A DNA stretch of 64,000 bases from an uncultured Methanosarcinales archaeon (GTDB taxonomy: Archaea > Nanobdellota > Nanobdellia > Woesearchaeales > GW2011-AR9): positions 534,705-598,704 of the forward strand of contig CAYFJV010000001.1 in NCBI GenBank assembly GCA_964343575.1, written 5' to 3'. The notes under the pieces are model-generated. The model ran no database searches. It saw only the letters and a program-made list of their open reading frames with translations, and had not been told where the DNA came from. Every line of letters starts with the position of its first letter. Position 1 is the first letter of the stretch. The translations under genes were made by a program, and so were the position numbers. Shown here in pieces: positions 56,037 through 64,000 of the stretch.

Positions 56037-57428
56037 ATGAGTATTACGACAATTAATCCAGCAACTGGAGAAACATTACAAAGCTATGAGCGCATGAGCA
56101 AAGATCAAGCTTTTGCTATTGCATCATCTGTGCAGGTGGCACAGAAGTCATGGGCGAAGTTGGGTTTAGCTGAGAGGAAGCCCTACTTCTTAAAGTTGGC
56201 TGCTGTGCTTCGCGAGCATAAACAGCGTTTTGCAGAGAGCATGACTCGTGAGATGGGGAAGGTTATTTCTGAGTCTCTTGGCGAAGTTGAAAAATGTGCT
56301 TGGCTTTGCGAAATGGTAGCTGAACATGGTGAAAGTTGGCTGCGCGAGGAGGAGATTGCTGCCGGAGGGAAAAAACATGTGGTTACCTTCGATCCAATTG
56401 GTACGGTGCTTTTAGTTATGCCTTGGAATTATCCTTTCTGGCAACCCTTTAAAGTTGCGATCCCCCCACTTTTTGCAGGAGATGCAATTATTTTGAAACA
56501 TGCAAGTAATGTTACTGGAAGCGCTTTGCTCGTTGAAGAAGCATTCAAGCTTGCTGGATTCCCACAAGATTTGTTTCGCACCATCGTTACTGGACACAAT
56601 GTGATTGGAGAATTAATTGATAGTGATTATGTGCAAGCAGTATCTCTTACTGGAAGTACTGGTGCTGGTGCACGTATTGCTGAAAGAGCAGGAAAGAATG
56701 TGAAAAAAGTTGTTTTGGAACTTGGAGGTTCTGATCCTTTAATTGTACTTGATGATGCTGATTTAGATAAGGCAGCAGCTGGTGCGACGCTTGGTCGGTT
56801 GAGCAACGCAGGACAAGTCTGTATAAGTTCTAAGCGGATTATCGTTTTGCGCAGTGTTGCAGAAGAGTTTAGCAAGAAATATGCCGAACACTTTGCTGCA
56901 GTTCGGGTTGGTGACCCTATGAATCCAGAAGTAAAAATGGGACCATTGGTCGATGCCCGTGCTATTGAAGAAATGGAAACTTTTGTGCGAGATGCCCTTG
57001 AGAAAGGAGCCCGCGTATTGTTTGGTGGTAAGCGACTTTCCTCCGAGGATGGTGAAGGGATTGCCGATAGAGGGCATTTTTTTGCGCCAACACTTCTTGC
57101 TGGAACTAGTTCAGAGATGGAAGCTGTACGTGAAGAAGTATTTGGACCTATTGCGCCGATCATCATTGTTGATAGCGAAGAAGAGGCTGTGCGTGTTGCA
57201 AATGATTCTCCTTATGGTTTAAGCGCAAGTGTTTGGACAAAAGATCATGCCCGAGGAGAACGTGTTGCTCGGCAAATTGAATCTGGTGGCGTATTTGTGA
57301 ATAGTATCTCTCGAACACATGCATTAATTCCTGTCGGGGGAATTAAGAAGAGTGGATTTGGAAGAGAACTCTCTCATTACGGGATCAAAGAGTTTGTAAA
57401 TATTAAGACCATTAGTATTTATGATTGA
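56037..57428 (+). CDS. NAD(P)-dependent aldehyde dehydrogenase (succinate-semialdehyde dehydrogenase-like)
   Basis: TINPATGE, MPWNYPFWQ, LKHASNV, TGS, LELGGSDP, NAGQVC, EEVFGP and SGFGRELS motifs. Confidence 0.92.
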   Translation: MSITTINPATGETLQSYERMSKDQAFAIASSVQVAQKSWAKLGLAERKPYFLKLAAVLREHKQRFAESMTREMGKVISESLGEVEKCAWLCEMVAEHGESWLREEEIAAGGKKHVVTFDPIGTVLLVMPWNYPFWQPFKVAIPPLFAGDAIILKHASNVTGSALLVEEAFKLAGFPQDLFRTIVTGHNVIGELIDSDYVQAVSLTGSTGAGARIAERAGKNVKKVVLELGGSDPLIVLDDADLDKAAAGATLGRLSNAGQVCISSKRIIVLRSVAEEFSKKYAEHFAAVRVGDPMNPEVKMGPLVDARAIEEMETFVRDALEKGARVLFGGKRLSSEDGEGIADRGHFFAPTLLAGTSSEMEAVREEVFGPIAPIIIVDSEEEAVRVANDSPYGLSASVWTKDHARGERVARQIESGGVFVNSISRTHALIPVGGIKKSGFGRELSHYGIKEFVNIKTISIYD

Positions 57429-57555
57429 GTGGAGAAGATAGGAAAGAAAAGAGCAGCAGAGAGGAAATTAGAAGTTTGATTGGAGGAAAAGAAAATGCGA
57501 AAAAATAATGGAATTATTTTTTGTATACAAAAAATCACTGAGGTGATTTTTTAGT

Positions 57556-59226
57556 ATGGCACAAAAGGCATCAGATTTATTTGTCAAATGTTTAGAAGAA
57601 GAGGGTGTTGAATATGTTTTTGCTGTCCCTGGGGAGGAAAATTTGGACTTGCTTGAGAGCTTGCGCACTTCATCTGTTAAAGTAATAGTTAACCGCCATG
57701 AGCAGAGTGCAGCGTTTATGGCGGCAACCTATGGAAGACTGACTGGGAAAGTAGGAGTATGTATGTCTACACTCGGACCAGGGGCAACAAACCTTGTCAC
57801 AGGGATTGCTCATGCTGAGCTTGGTGGTATGCCGCTTCTTGCAATCACTGGACAAAAAGGCATTCGTGAAAACTTTCAAGCAAACTTTCAGGTCCTGGAT
57901 ATTGTTGGTATGATGAAACCGCTTACGCAACATGCAGTACAGTTGAAAAGTCCGAGAAGTATTCCAAAAGAAATTAGGGCCTGTTTTAAGATTGCTACCA
58001 CTGAAAGGCAAGGCGCTTGTCACATTGAGCTTCCAGAAGATATTGCAAAGGAAACGCTTAATGATAAATTTGTCCCTCAGAAGAGTCATCGACTTCGTCG
58101 AACGATCTGCGATGCAAAAGGTGTTCGTATCGCTGCGCAAAAAATTCGTGATGCAAAAAATCCAATTGTGATTGTCAGTAGCAGAGCTCAACGTAACTCA
58201 GTAAGTCGCGCAATTAAGGAGTTTTGTGATGCAAGTAACTTGTATGTCATCCACACCCAACTTGGAAAAGGGGTACTTGGAGATGATCATAAAAACAGTT
58301 TGTTTGCTTTTGGTATTCACAAAAAAGATCATGTAAACTGTGTTGTTGAACGTGCTGATCTTATTATTACAGTGGGTTATTCTACTGTTGAGCATCCCCC
58401 GAGCGTGTGGAATCGTGAATTAGATAAAGAAATCTTGCATATTGATTTTACTCCTGCTGAACCAGATATTTACTATGACCCAAGTTGTGAGCTCATTGGA
58501 GATATTGCTACTTCACTGGACTTACTAGGTTCAGAATTAGGGGGAGCAAATGGAGATGCTTTCAAGCATAACGGAGAATATGAAGAGCGAGTTAAGGCAG
58601 AACTTGAAAAGGTTCTCTTTGTTGAAGGTGCAGATGATGCAAGTTTTCCTTTGCGTCCTCGTCGTATCATTAGTGATGTGCGTTCTGTGATGGATGATAA
58701 AGATATTGTTTGTTTAGATAATGGCATTTACAAGATGTGGTTTTCTCGTCACTATAGAACCTATGGGATTGGAACTTTCCTTCTAGATAATACACTGGCA
58801 ACTATGGGAGCAGGACTTCCTAGCGCTATGGCGGCAAAACTGGTGCATCCGGACAAAAAAGTGCTTGCTGTTTGCGGAGATGGTGGTTTTATGATGAATT
58901 CCCAAGAGTTAGAAACGGCTGTTCGCTTAGGTTTAAATGTGGTCGTCCTGATCCTAAATGATAATGCTTATGGCTTTATCAAATGGAAACAGAAGAACCA
59001 TGGTTTTGCAGACTTTGCGCTTGATTATGGAAACCCAGATTTTGTAAAGTATGCTGAAAGCTATGGAGCAACAGGGTTTAAAGTAGGAAGTGCTTCAGAG
59101 TTAGGAGAGGTGCTTGAGAAAGCTTTTGCTTGCAAGGGGCCCGTGCTTGTTGAATGTCCAATTGATTACAGTGAAAATGTAAAGGTGTGGAGCGGCGAGC
59201 TTGATCGCTTGCATTGTATTAATTGA
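57556..59226 (+). CDS. ThDP-dependent enzyme of the acetolactate-synthase-like subfamily (possible 2-oxoacid decarboxylase)
   Basis: PGEENL, RHEQ.AAFMA, TLGPGATN, LDN.LATMGAGLP and GDGGF...N motifs. Confidence 0.9.
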   Translation: MAQKASDLFVKCLEEEGVEYVFAVPGEENLDLLESLRTSSVKVIVNRHEQSAAFMAATYGRLTGKVGVCMSTLGPGATNLVTGIAHAELGGMPLLAITGQKGIRENFQANFQVLDIVGMMKPLTQHAVQLKSPRSIPKEIRACFKIATTERQGACHIELPEDIAKETLNDKFVPQKSHRLRRTICDAKGVRIAAQKIRDAKNPIVIVSSRAQRNSVSRAIKEFCDASNLYVIHTQLGKGVLGDDHKNSLFAFGIHKKDHVNCVVERADLIITVGYSTVEHPPSVWNRELDKEILHIDFTPAEPDIYYDPSCELIGDIATSLDLLGSELGGANGDAFKHNGEYEERVKAELEKVLFVEGADDASFPLRPRRIISDVRSVMDDKDIVCLDNGIYKMWFSRHYRTYGIGTFLLDNTLATMGAGLPSAMAAKLVHPDKKVLAVCGDGGFMMNSQELETAVRLGLNVVVLILNDNAYGFIKWKQKNHGFADFALDYGNPDFVKYAESYGATGFKVGSASELGEVLEKAFACKGPVLVECPIDYSENVKVWSGELDRLHCIN

Positions 59227-59274
59227 TGTTCACCAGAAAACATATAAACCAGAAGCATTCTGGTGTTTTCTCTT

Positions 59275-59895
59275 ATGAAAAAGATATTCTTTCTAATCGG
59301 GTTTTTAGTTTTAGTTTTCTTTTTGGTTGGTGCTTGCAGTTTTGGAAAAGCAGTGGATACGGGTAGTACTGTTAAGGTTGATCTCTCTGAGGAGAGCGAT
59401 ACTGGAGAAGAAGTCGAAGAGTCTACTCTTGATGAAGCAAAAACAGAGGATGAAGAGGAGATTATTGTTGAGGAAGGTCCGGTTTGTGTTACAAAAACAG
59501 ATTGTCTTTGGAACGAAGAGTGTATTAATGGAGCATGTGCAGAGATGGTTACTATTTATGATACGGCAAGTGAATGTGATTCTAAGTGTAACTTTGATGA
59601 AGTTGTGGTCTCTACAAGTGATGGAGACGAACTTTTGCTCTCTCGGGGTCAAGGAAGTTACACTGCTGCAGGAGCTGTAGAGTGGCAATTGCTTGCAGGA
59701 GCAGATTACTGTAAGGAAGAAGGAGAAGAAACAGTTGTTGCTATCAAACTTAAGAAAAAGAACTCAGGAGAAATTCTTAGCGAAGAAGTTGTAACTGTAG
59801 AAGTTGGGCAGGAAAGTGAGCTTATAACTCATCCTACGATTTCTCGAGTACAGTTTACACTTACTGTTGAAAGTATTAACGAGCAGTGCTCTTGA
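59275..59895 (+). CDS. Hypothetical exported acidic Cys-containing protein (lipoprotein-like signal)
   Basis: MKK plus hydrophobic stretch plus VGAC; C....DC...E.C..G.C motif. Confidence 0.7.
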   Translation: MKKIFFLIGFLVLVFFLVGACSFGKAVDTGSTVKVDLSEESDTGEEVEESTLDEAKTEDEEEIIVEEGPVCVTKTDCLWNEECINGACAEMVTIYDTASECDSKCNFDEVVVSTSDGDELLLSRGQGSYTAAGAVEWQLLAGADYCKEEGEETVVAIKLKKKNSGEILSEEVVTVEVGQESELITHPTISRVQFTLTVESINEQCS

Positions 59896-59923
59896 TCATT
59901 TTTTCCCTTTTTCCTTTCTCTTA

Positions 59924-61015
59924 TTAGAGTACATTAAACAAGAGAATCAAAAGAAAGGGAAGAACATAGAAAACACCAATAATATAAACTATCGGGAGCA
60001 CCTTGTGCCTAAGTCCATATTGGGCAAGTCTTCTTGAAAATTTGATTGGAAGCTTTCTAAAAGGATACATTACCACTGAACCAAAGACGTTGAAAAGAAG
60101 GTGCACCAAAGCTACAGTGATAGCTGTGGGAGAAGAACTCGCCAAAGATGCAAGCAAGGCAGTGATTGTGGTTCCCACATTTGCTCCCAAGATGAAAGGG
60201 AAAATTGTTTCTAGAGTGACGATACCTATTCCCGCCAATGGAACGATAAGAGAAGTACTTACTGAGCTACTTTGCACAAGGACAGTAAGACTAAGTCCAA
60301 GAAAAAAGGTCCTCCCAGGATAACGAAAGATATGTTCATCTAGCTTATGTTTGAACTCAGATTCTGCTAGTGGCCTCATAATCTTTACAAAGAAGCGTAG
60401 TGAGAAGAATAAGAGCACAAGGGCAATGATCAAAAGAGGAATTGGGTTGCCTGCAAAGAGCTCTTTCGCGAAGCCAGTTACAGGTTTAAGGATAAGATCA
60501 AGCGGACTAGTAAACTCGACAGCCGCAGTTGTTCCAAAAAGCATCCCAGTAAAGCTTGTTGCGATTCTCTCCAAAGGATGGAAAATGATCTCTATGGGAA
60601 AGAAAACTAACACAACGATAAAATTAAAAAAATCATGCACGGTAGCAACTTCAAAGGCCTGACGAAACTCTTTTTTTTCTTTTATATGCGCTAAAGAGAC
60701 AATGGTATTGGTGATACTGGTTCCAACATTAGCACCCATGATGATAGGAATCGCTCCAGCAACAGTAAGAGCATTACTCGCTACAAGGCCAACCACAATA
60801 GATGTGCTGAGCGAAGAGCTTTGTACAAGTGCTGTTGCCAAAATCCCTACAAAAAGTCCCACAAAAGGACTACTTGTAAAAGTGATAAGCGTCTCAGCAA
60901 AATCTGCCCCAAACATCTTAAAAGATGTTCCCATGAGCTTGATACTTAATAAGAAAATATAGAGCACAATAAGAAACAAAATTACTCTTTTTACAACTTG
61001 CTTTTTTTCCAACAA
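59924..61015 (-). CDS. Na+/phosphate cotransporter (NptA/SLC34-like)
   Basis: Duplicated QSSS and GAN(V)GT motifs; VHDFFN. Confidence 0.92.
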   Translation of the reverse strand: MLEKKQVVKRVILFLIVLYIFLLSIKLMGTSFKMFGADFAETLITFTSSPFVGLFVGILATALVQSSSLSTSIVVGLVASNALTVAGAIPIIMGANVGTSITNTIVSLAHIKEKKEFRQAFEVATVHDFFNFIVVLVFFPIEIIFHPLERIATSFTGMLFGTTAAVEFTSPLDLILKPVTGFAKELFAGNPIPLLIIALVLLFFSLRFFVKIMRPLAESEFKHKLDEHIFRYPGRTFFLGLSLTVLVQSSSVSTSLIVPLAGIGIVTLETIFPFILGANVGTTITALLASLASSSPTAITVALVHLLFNVFGSVVMYPFRKLPIKFSRRLAQYGLRHKVLPIVYIIGVFYVLPFLLILLFNVL

Positions 61016-61188
61016 TACTCACCGATATTATATCTCTTGAAGGGGAGGGAGAAGATCTTGCTTATAAAAGTTTTTGTTTAATGTTTTCCTTTTATTTTCT
61101 TGTGAGTTTCTTGGATGAAGAAGTAAAGAAAAACATTTATAGTTGAAGAGCTGTCAGTACCAGTAAAGGATAATTTTGGTGGTTTATT

Positions 61189-61956
61189 ATGGTATGGTTT
61201 ATTTCAACAAGTTTTTTTCTGTTTTTGATCATTCTTGTACTCTCTGGACTAAAGATCGTTAAAGAGTATGAGCGAGGAGTGAAGTTTACGCTTGGAAAGT
61301 ATTCTGGGATTATGAAGCCCGGCCTTCGAGTAGTTATTCCAGTGATTCAAAGTTGGGAGAGAGTAGACTTGCGTATTCGAGCAGTGGATGTTCCTGACCA
61401 AGATTGTATCACTAAAGATAATGTTTCTGTTCGTGTGAACGCTGTCCTTTACTTTAAGGTAAGTGATTCTAAAAAGGCAATTTTAGAAGTAGAACATTAC
61501 TTTTATGCGGTTTCTCAGTTGTCTCAAACTACTATGCGTGATTTGGTTGGAGAAGTTACTCTTGATGAACTTTTGAACCAGCGAGATGAGATCTCAAAAC
61601 GTATTCAAAAGATCGTGGACAAAGCAACAGACCCCTGGGGGATTATTGTTGAGTCAGTTGATCTTAAGCATATTGAACTTCCTAACGATATGAAGCGTAC
61701 CATGGCAAAAGAAGCTGAGGCTGATCGTGAAAGGCGTGCTGTTATCATTAAAGCAGAAGGAGAAGTAGTTGCTGCAAATAACATGGCAAAGGCAGCTAAA
61801 ACTCTTGCTTCTGCTCCTGGAGCTTTGCACTTGCGTACCTTGCAAAGTATTAATGATATGAGTAGTGATCAAAGTAATACGGTGATCTTTGCTGTACCAC
61901 TAGAAGTTCTGAGAGCTTTTGGTGCAGATGGTAGCTTAGTAAAGAAAAAGAAGTAA
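61189..61956 (+). CDS. Stomatin/SPFH (slipin) protein
   Basis: EYERGV.F.LG, RVDLR, ITKDNV, QTTMR, WGI.V, EAEA.RE.RA and LRTLQ motifs. Confidence 0.95.
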   Translation: MVWFISTSFFLFLIILVLSGLKIVKEYERGVKFTLGKYSGIMKPGLRVVIPVIQSWERVDLRIRAVDVPDQDCITKDNVSVRVNAVLYFKVSDSKKAILEVEHYFYAVSQLSQTTMRDLVGEVTLDELLNQRDEISKRIQKIVDKATDPWGIIVESVDLKHIELPNDMKRTMAKEAEADRERRAVIIKAEGEVVAANNMAKAAKTLASAPGALHLRTLQSINDMSSDQSNTVIFAVPLEVLRAFGADGSLVKKKK

Positions 61957-61961
61957 AAAAA

Positions 61962-62219
61962 TTACAGCCTGTAGGAAGCAGGTGTAGCTCTTCCTGCAGG
62001 GGAACGATCATAAACCCTTGAGGCAAGTAGGAGTCCTGTTGCTCTTGTTCGTTCTCCGAGGTCTCCCACTTCCCAAGCATCTCTCATGATTTCGCTAAGC
62101 GCATCTGTTCGATACCGGGGTCCTAGTGCCAAAGCACCATCCATTCTCTGATTAAGCTCAGATTTTTCTTCCCCTGGAGGATTCATCAAACTAAAAAGAT
62201 TTTTCATTTGTTGCATCAC
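61962..62219 (-). CDS. Hypothetical protein
   Basis: 85-aa ORF filling the gap; no recognised motif. Confidence 0.4.
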   Translation of the reverse strand: MMQQMKNLFSLMNPPGEEKSELNQRMDGALALGPRYRTDALSEIMRDAWEVGDLGERTRATGLLLASRVYDRSPAGRATPASYRL

Positions 62220-62378
62220 CTGTTCTCATTAATGACACCACAAAGAATAAACACACCATTTCTTGCAAAAGTTAGTTTCTATTTAAAGCTTGCTTAGAGC
62301 TTTTTTTCTTTTGGACAGGTCTGCTACACAGTTTTATCCAAAAAATTTATAAGTGGCTTCTTGAGGTTTGGCTGGGCA

Positions 62379-62636
62379 ATGGCACAAACAGCGTATATTG
62401 GAAGACGCGGGAATCGTTACACAATACATTTCAGAGCCCCAGGTAAAGAGGAACTTCAAGTTATAACTGGAAGTGATCTTGGTGCAGTTGTGGCACAAAT
62501 GGGAAAAGTATCGGGAGGAAAACCTGTTGACATGCTCCCTTTGAAAAGAGAAGGAGATTATCGCCCCCTTGGACTTTTAGAAGAGCTATCTTTACGGTTG
62601 ACTTTGTATGCTCAAAGTAGATGGGGAGAAAACTGA
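62379..62636 (+). CDS. Hypothetical protein
   Basis: ORF with a TTTATAA element about 30 nt upstream of the ATG. Confidence 0.5.
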   Translation: MAQTAYIGRRGNRYTIHFRAPGKEELQVITGSDLGAVVAQMGKVSGGKPVDMLPLKREGDYRPLGLLEELSLRLTLYAQSRWGEN

Positions 62637-62729
62637 TTTTCTCTTTACCCTACTGTCTAAAATTTCTGAAGAACAAAGTCAAGGGATATATGCTTAAAAT
62701 ATTTAAAGAAGCAAATTTGCTACGTTCTC

Positions 62730-63707
62730 ATGTTCAAAAAGGTGCAAAATATTTCTTTACTCGGAGCACATGATCCTGTAGCTGATATCTTTTTACTCAA
62801 AGAGAAGAAGGGAATTCAAGATTATGCCAGCGGAAGTAAGTGGCGCTTTGGACTTCGAGTTGGAGATGCCAGTGCAGAGCTGGATTTAAAGTATTGGGGC
62901 AATGAAAACAAAGAGGAAATTGCTGCACTTTATGATGGTCTAGAAGTCGGTGATGTGCTTTTTGTGCAAGGAAGAGTTTCTGAGTTTAATGGAGTGCGTG
63001 AGATTAGTGTGAACCATGGAAGTGGCGCTATTAAGCGGCTGAAAGTAGGAGAGTTTGCTCCAGATGCTTTTTTGAAAAAAGGGAAGAAAGATGCTGAAGC
63101 ACTCTTTGGGAGAGTATTATCTCTTATCGAAGAGATTAAGGATGAAGAATTTAGAAGGATACTTCAAGCCTTCTTTCATAACCAAGAGTTTGCTGCAGCG
63201 TTTAAACTAAGCCCTGCTTCTTTGTTTCGTCACCACAATTATTGTGGAGGTTTGCTTGAACATAGCTTGAGTGTTGCAAAAATCTGTTTAGATGTTTCCT
63301 CTCGAGAGAAACGTTTAGATAAAGAGCTTTTGATTTGTGGAGCTCTTTTGCATGACATTGGAAAAATTCCTTTCTTTAAAGTTCGTGAAAGTATCGAAAT
63401 TTCTAAGCAAGGGCAATTGCTTGGTTCAGTTGTTTTAGGTTTAGAACTCTTCTCTGAGAAAACAAAAGATCTAGGCATAAGCTCTGAGAAAGATATGAAG
63501 CTGCGGCACATTCTAGCCAGTTCTTTGGGTAGGAAAAGTTATGGTGCTGCGAAGCAGCCAGCTAGTAGCGAGGCCTTGCTTATAAGTCATGCTAAGCTCT
63601 TGGATGCGAAGGTGGGCCAGATGCTCGATGTCAAAGAATCTGCACTTGCAGAAGATGCGGAGAAATTTTTCTATCATAAAGATTTTGGGAACATCTTTTT
63701 AGAATAA
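62730..63707 (+). CDS. YhaM/Cbf1-like OB-fold plus HD-domain protein
   Basis: N-terminal OB fold; PA...HH.Y.GGLLEHSL and LLHDIGK motifs. Confidence 0.85.
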   Translation: MFKKVQNISLLGAHDPVADIFLLKEKKGIQDYASGSKWRFGLRVGDASAELDLKYWGNENKEEIAALYDGLEVGDVLFVQGRVSEFNGVREISVNHGSGAIKRLKVGEFAPDAFLKKGKKDAEALFGRVLSLIEEIKDEEFRRILQAFFHNQEFAAAFKLSPASLFRHHNYCGGLLEHSLSVAKICLDVSSREKRLDKELLICGALLHDIGKIPFFKVRESIEISKQGQLLGSVVLGLELFSEKTKDLGISSEKDMKLRHILASSLGRKSYGAAKQPASSEALLISHAKLLDAKVGQMLDVKESALAEDAEKFFYHKDFGNIFLE

Positions 63708-63723
63708 AGATTTGGCTGAAGGA

Positions 63724-63999
63724 TTAGATCCAAAGTGCAGGAGCATTTCCTTCCTTTTGTTCTACGTCCCAAAAGTATTCATTATTGTAATACATCCAGG
63801 TCTCTTCCACTGGGAAAGGAACAAACTTGAAGTACTGGTAAGGAACATCTTGAGCTTGGTGCAGTGTTCTCGTTGTTTCATCGTAATAAGCTCCGGCTGT
63901 TGCATCAATTGGAAACCAGATGCCATCTTCATAAATTTCTACCCAAGCATGGCCTCCAATTTCTCCTCCAAAGTCAACTAGGCCGAGGGTTACTCGTAC
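63724..63999 (-). CDS. Transglutaminase-like protein, C-terminal part (runs off the window; absent from the ORF track)
   Basis: Manual translation VRVTLGLVDFGGEIGGHAWVEIYEDGIWFPIDATAG... contains HAWVE...W...D catalytic His/Asp motif. Confidence 0.8.
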   Translation of the reverse strand, partial: VRVTLGLVDFGGEIGGHAWVEIYEDGIWFPIDATAGAYYDETTRTLHQAQDVPYQYFKFVPFPVEETWMYYNNEYFWDVEQKEGNAPALWI

Positions 64000-64000
64000 A

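Noticed and set aside
63712..63981. 89-aa plus-strand ORF
   Set aside because: Shadow of the minus-strand transglutaminase-like CDS
1..64000. CRISPR array, rRNA/tRNA genes, integrase or prophage; many short antisense ORFs
   Set aside because: No regularly spaced repeats, RNA gene signatures or integrase/phage genes seen; the antisense ORFs lie within well-supported genes and lack motifs

Overview
Archaeal chromosomal DNA. The evidence is aIF2-alpha, Nop10, eL44/eS27/eS19/eL39/eL31/eS1, the exosome-proteasome superoperon, Rpo6, RFC-L, Cbf5, archaeal ValRS/GlyRS, and BRE/TATA promoters about 25-30 nt before many start codons. AMP phosphorylase, tandem Lrp proteins, a COG1361-ABC locus and many orphan membrane proteins fit a DPANN lineage, most likely Woesearchaeota (inference). 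No rRNA, tRNA or CRISPR was seen. Embedded in the core genes are: (1) an intact bacterial ECF sigma-70 factor behind an archaeal TATA promoter, next to rpoK; (2) an Lrp-flanked module with two ATP-grasp-type ligases, an M14 carboxypeptidase and a catalytically degenerate C39-like protein; (3) exported enzymes of peptidoglycan-degrading families (an SLT lytic transglycosylase and a NagZ-like GH3 with a pilin-like signal); (4) a CC1-like chromatin protein; (5) a 164-bp MITE with 17-bp TIRs and a 9-bp target duplication; (6) two copies of a twin-hairpin intergenic element with compensatory changes; (7) a possible Glu to 2-oxoglutarate to succinate route. All family calls come from motif recognition by eye, not database searches. 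Start codons were adjusted where the ORF track is clearly over-extended.
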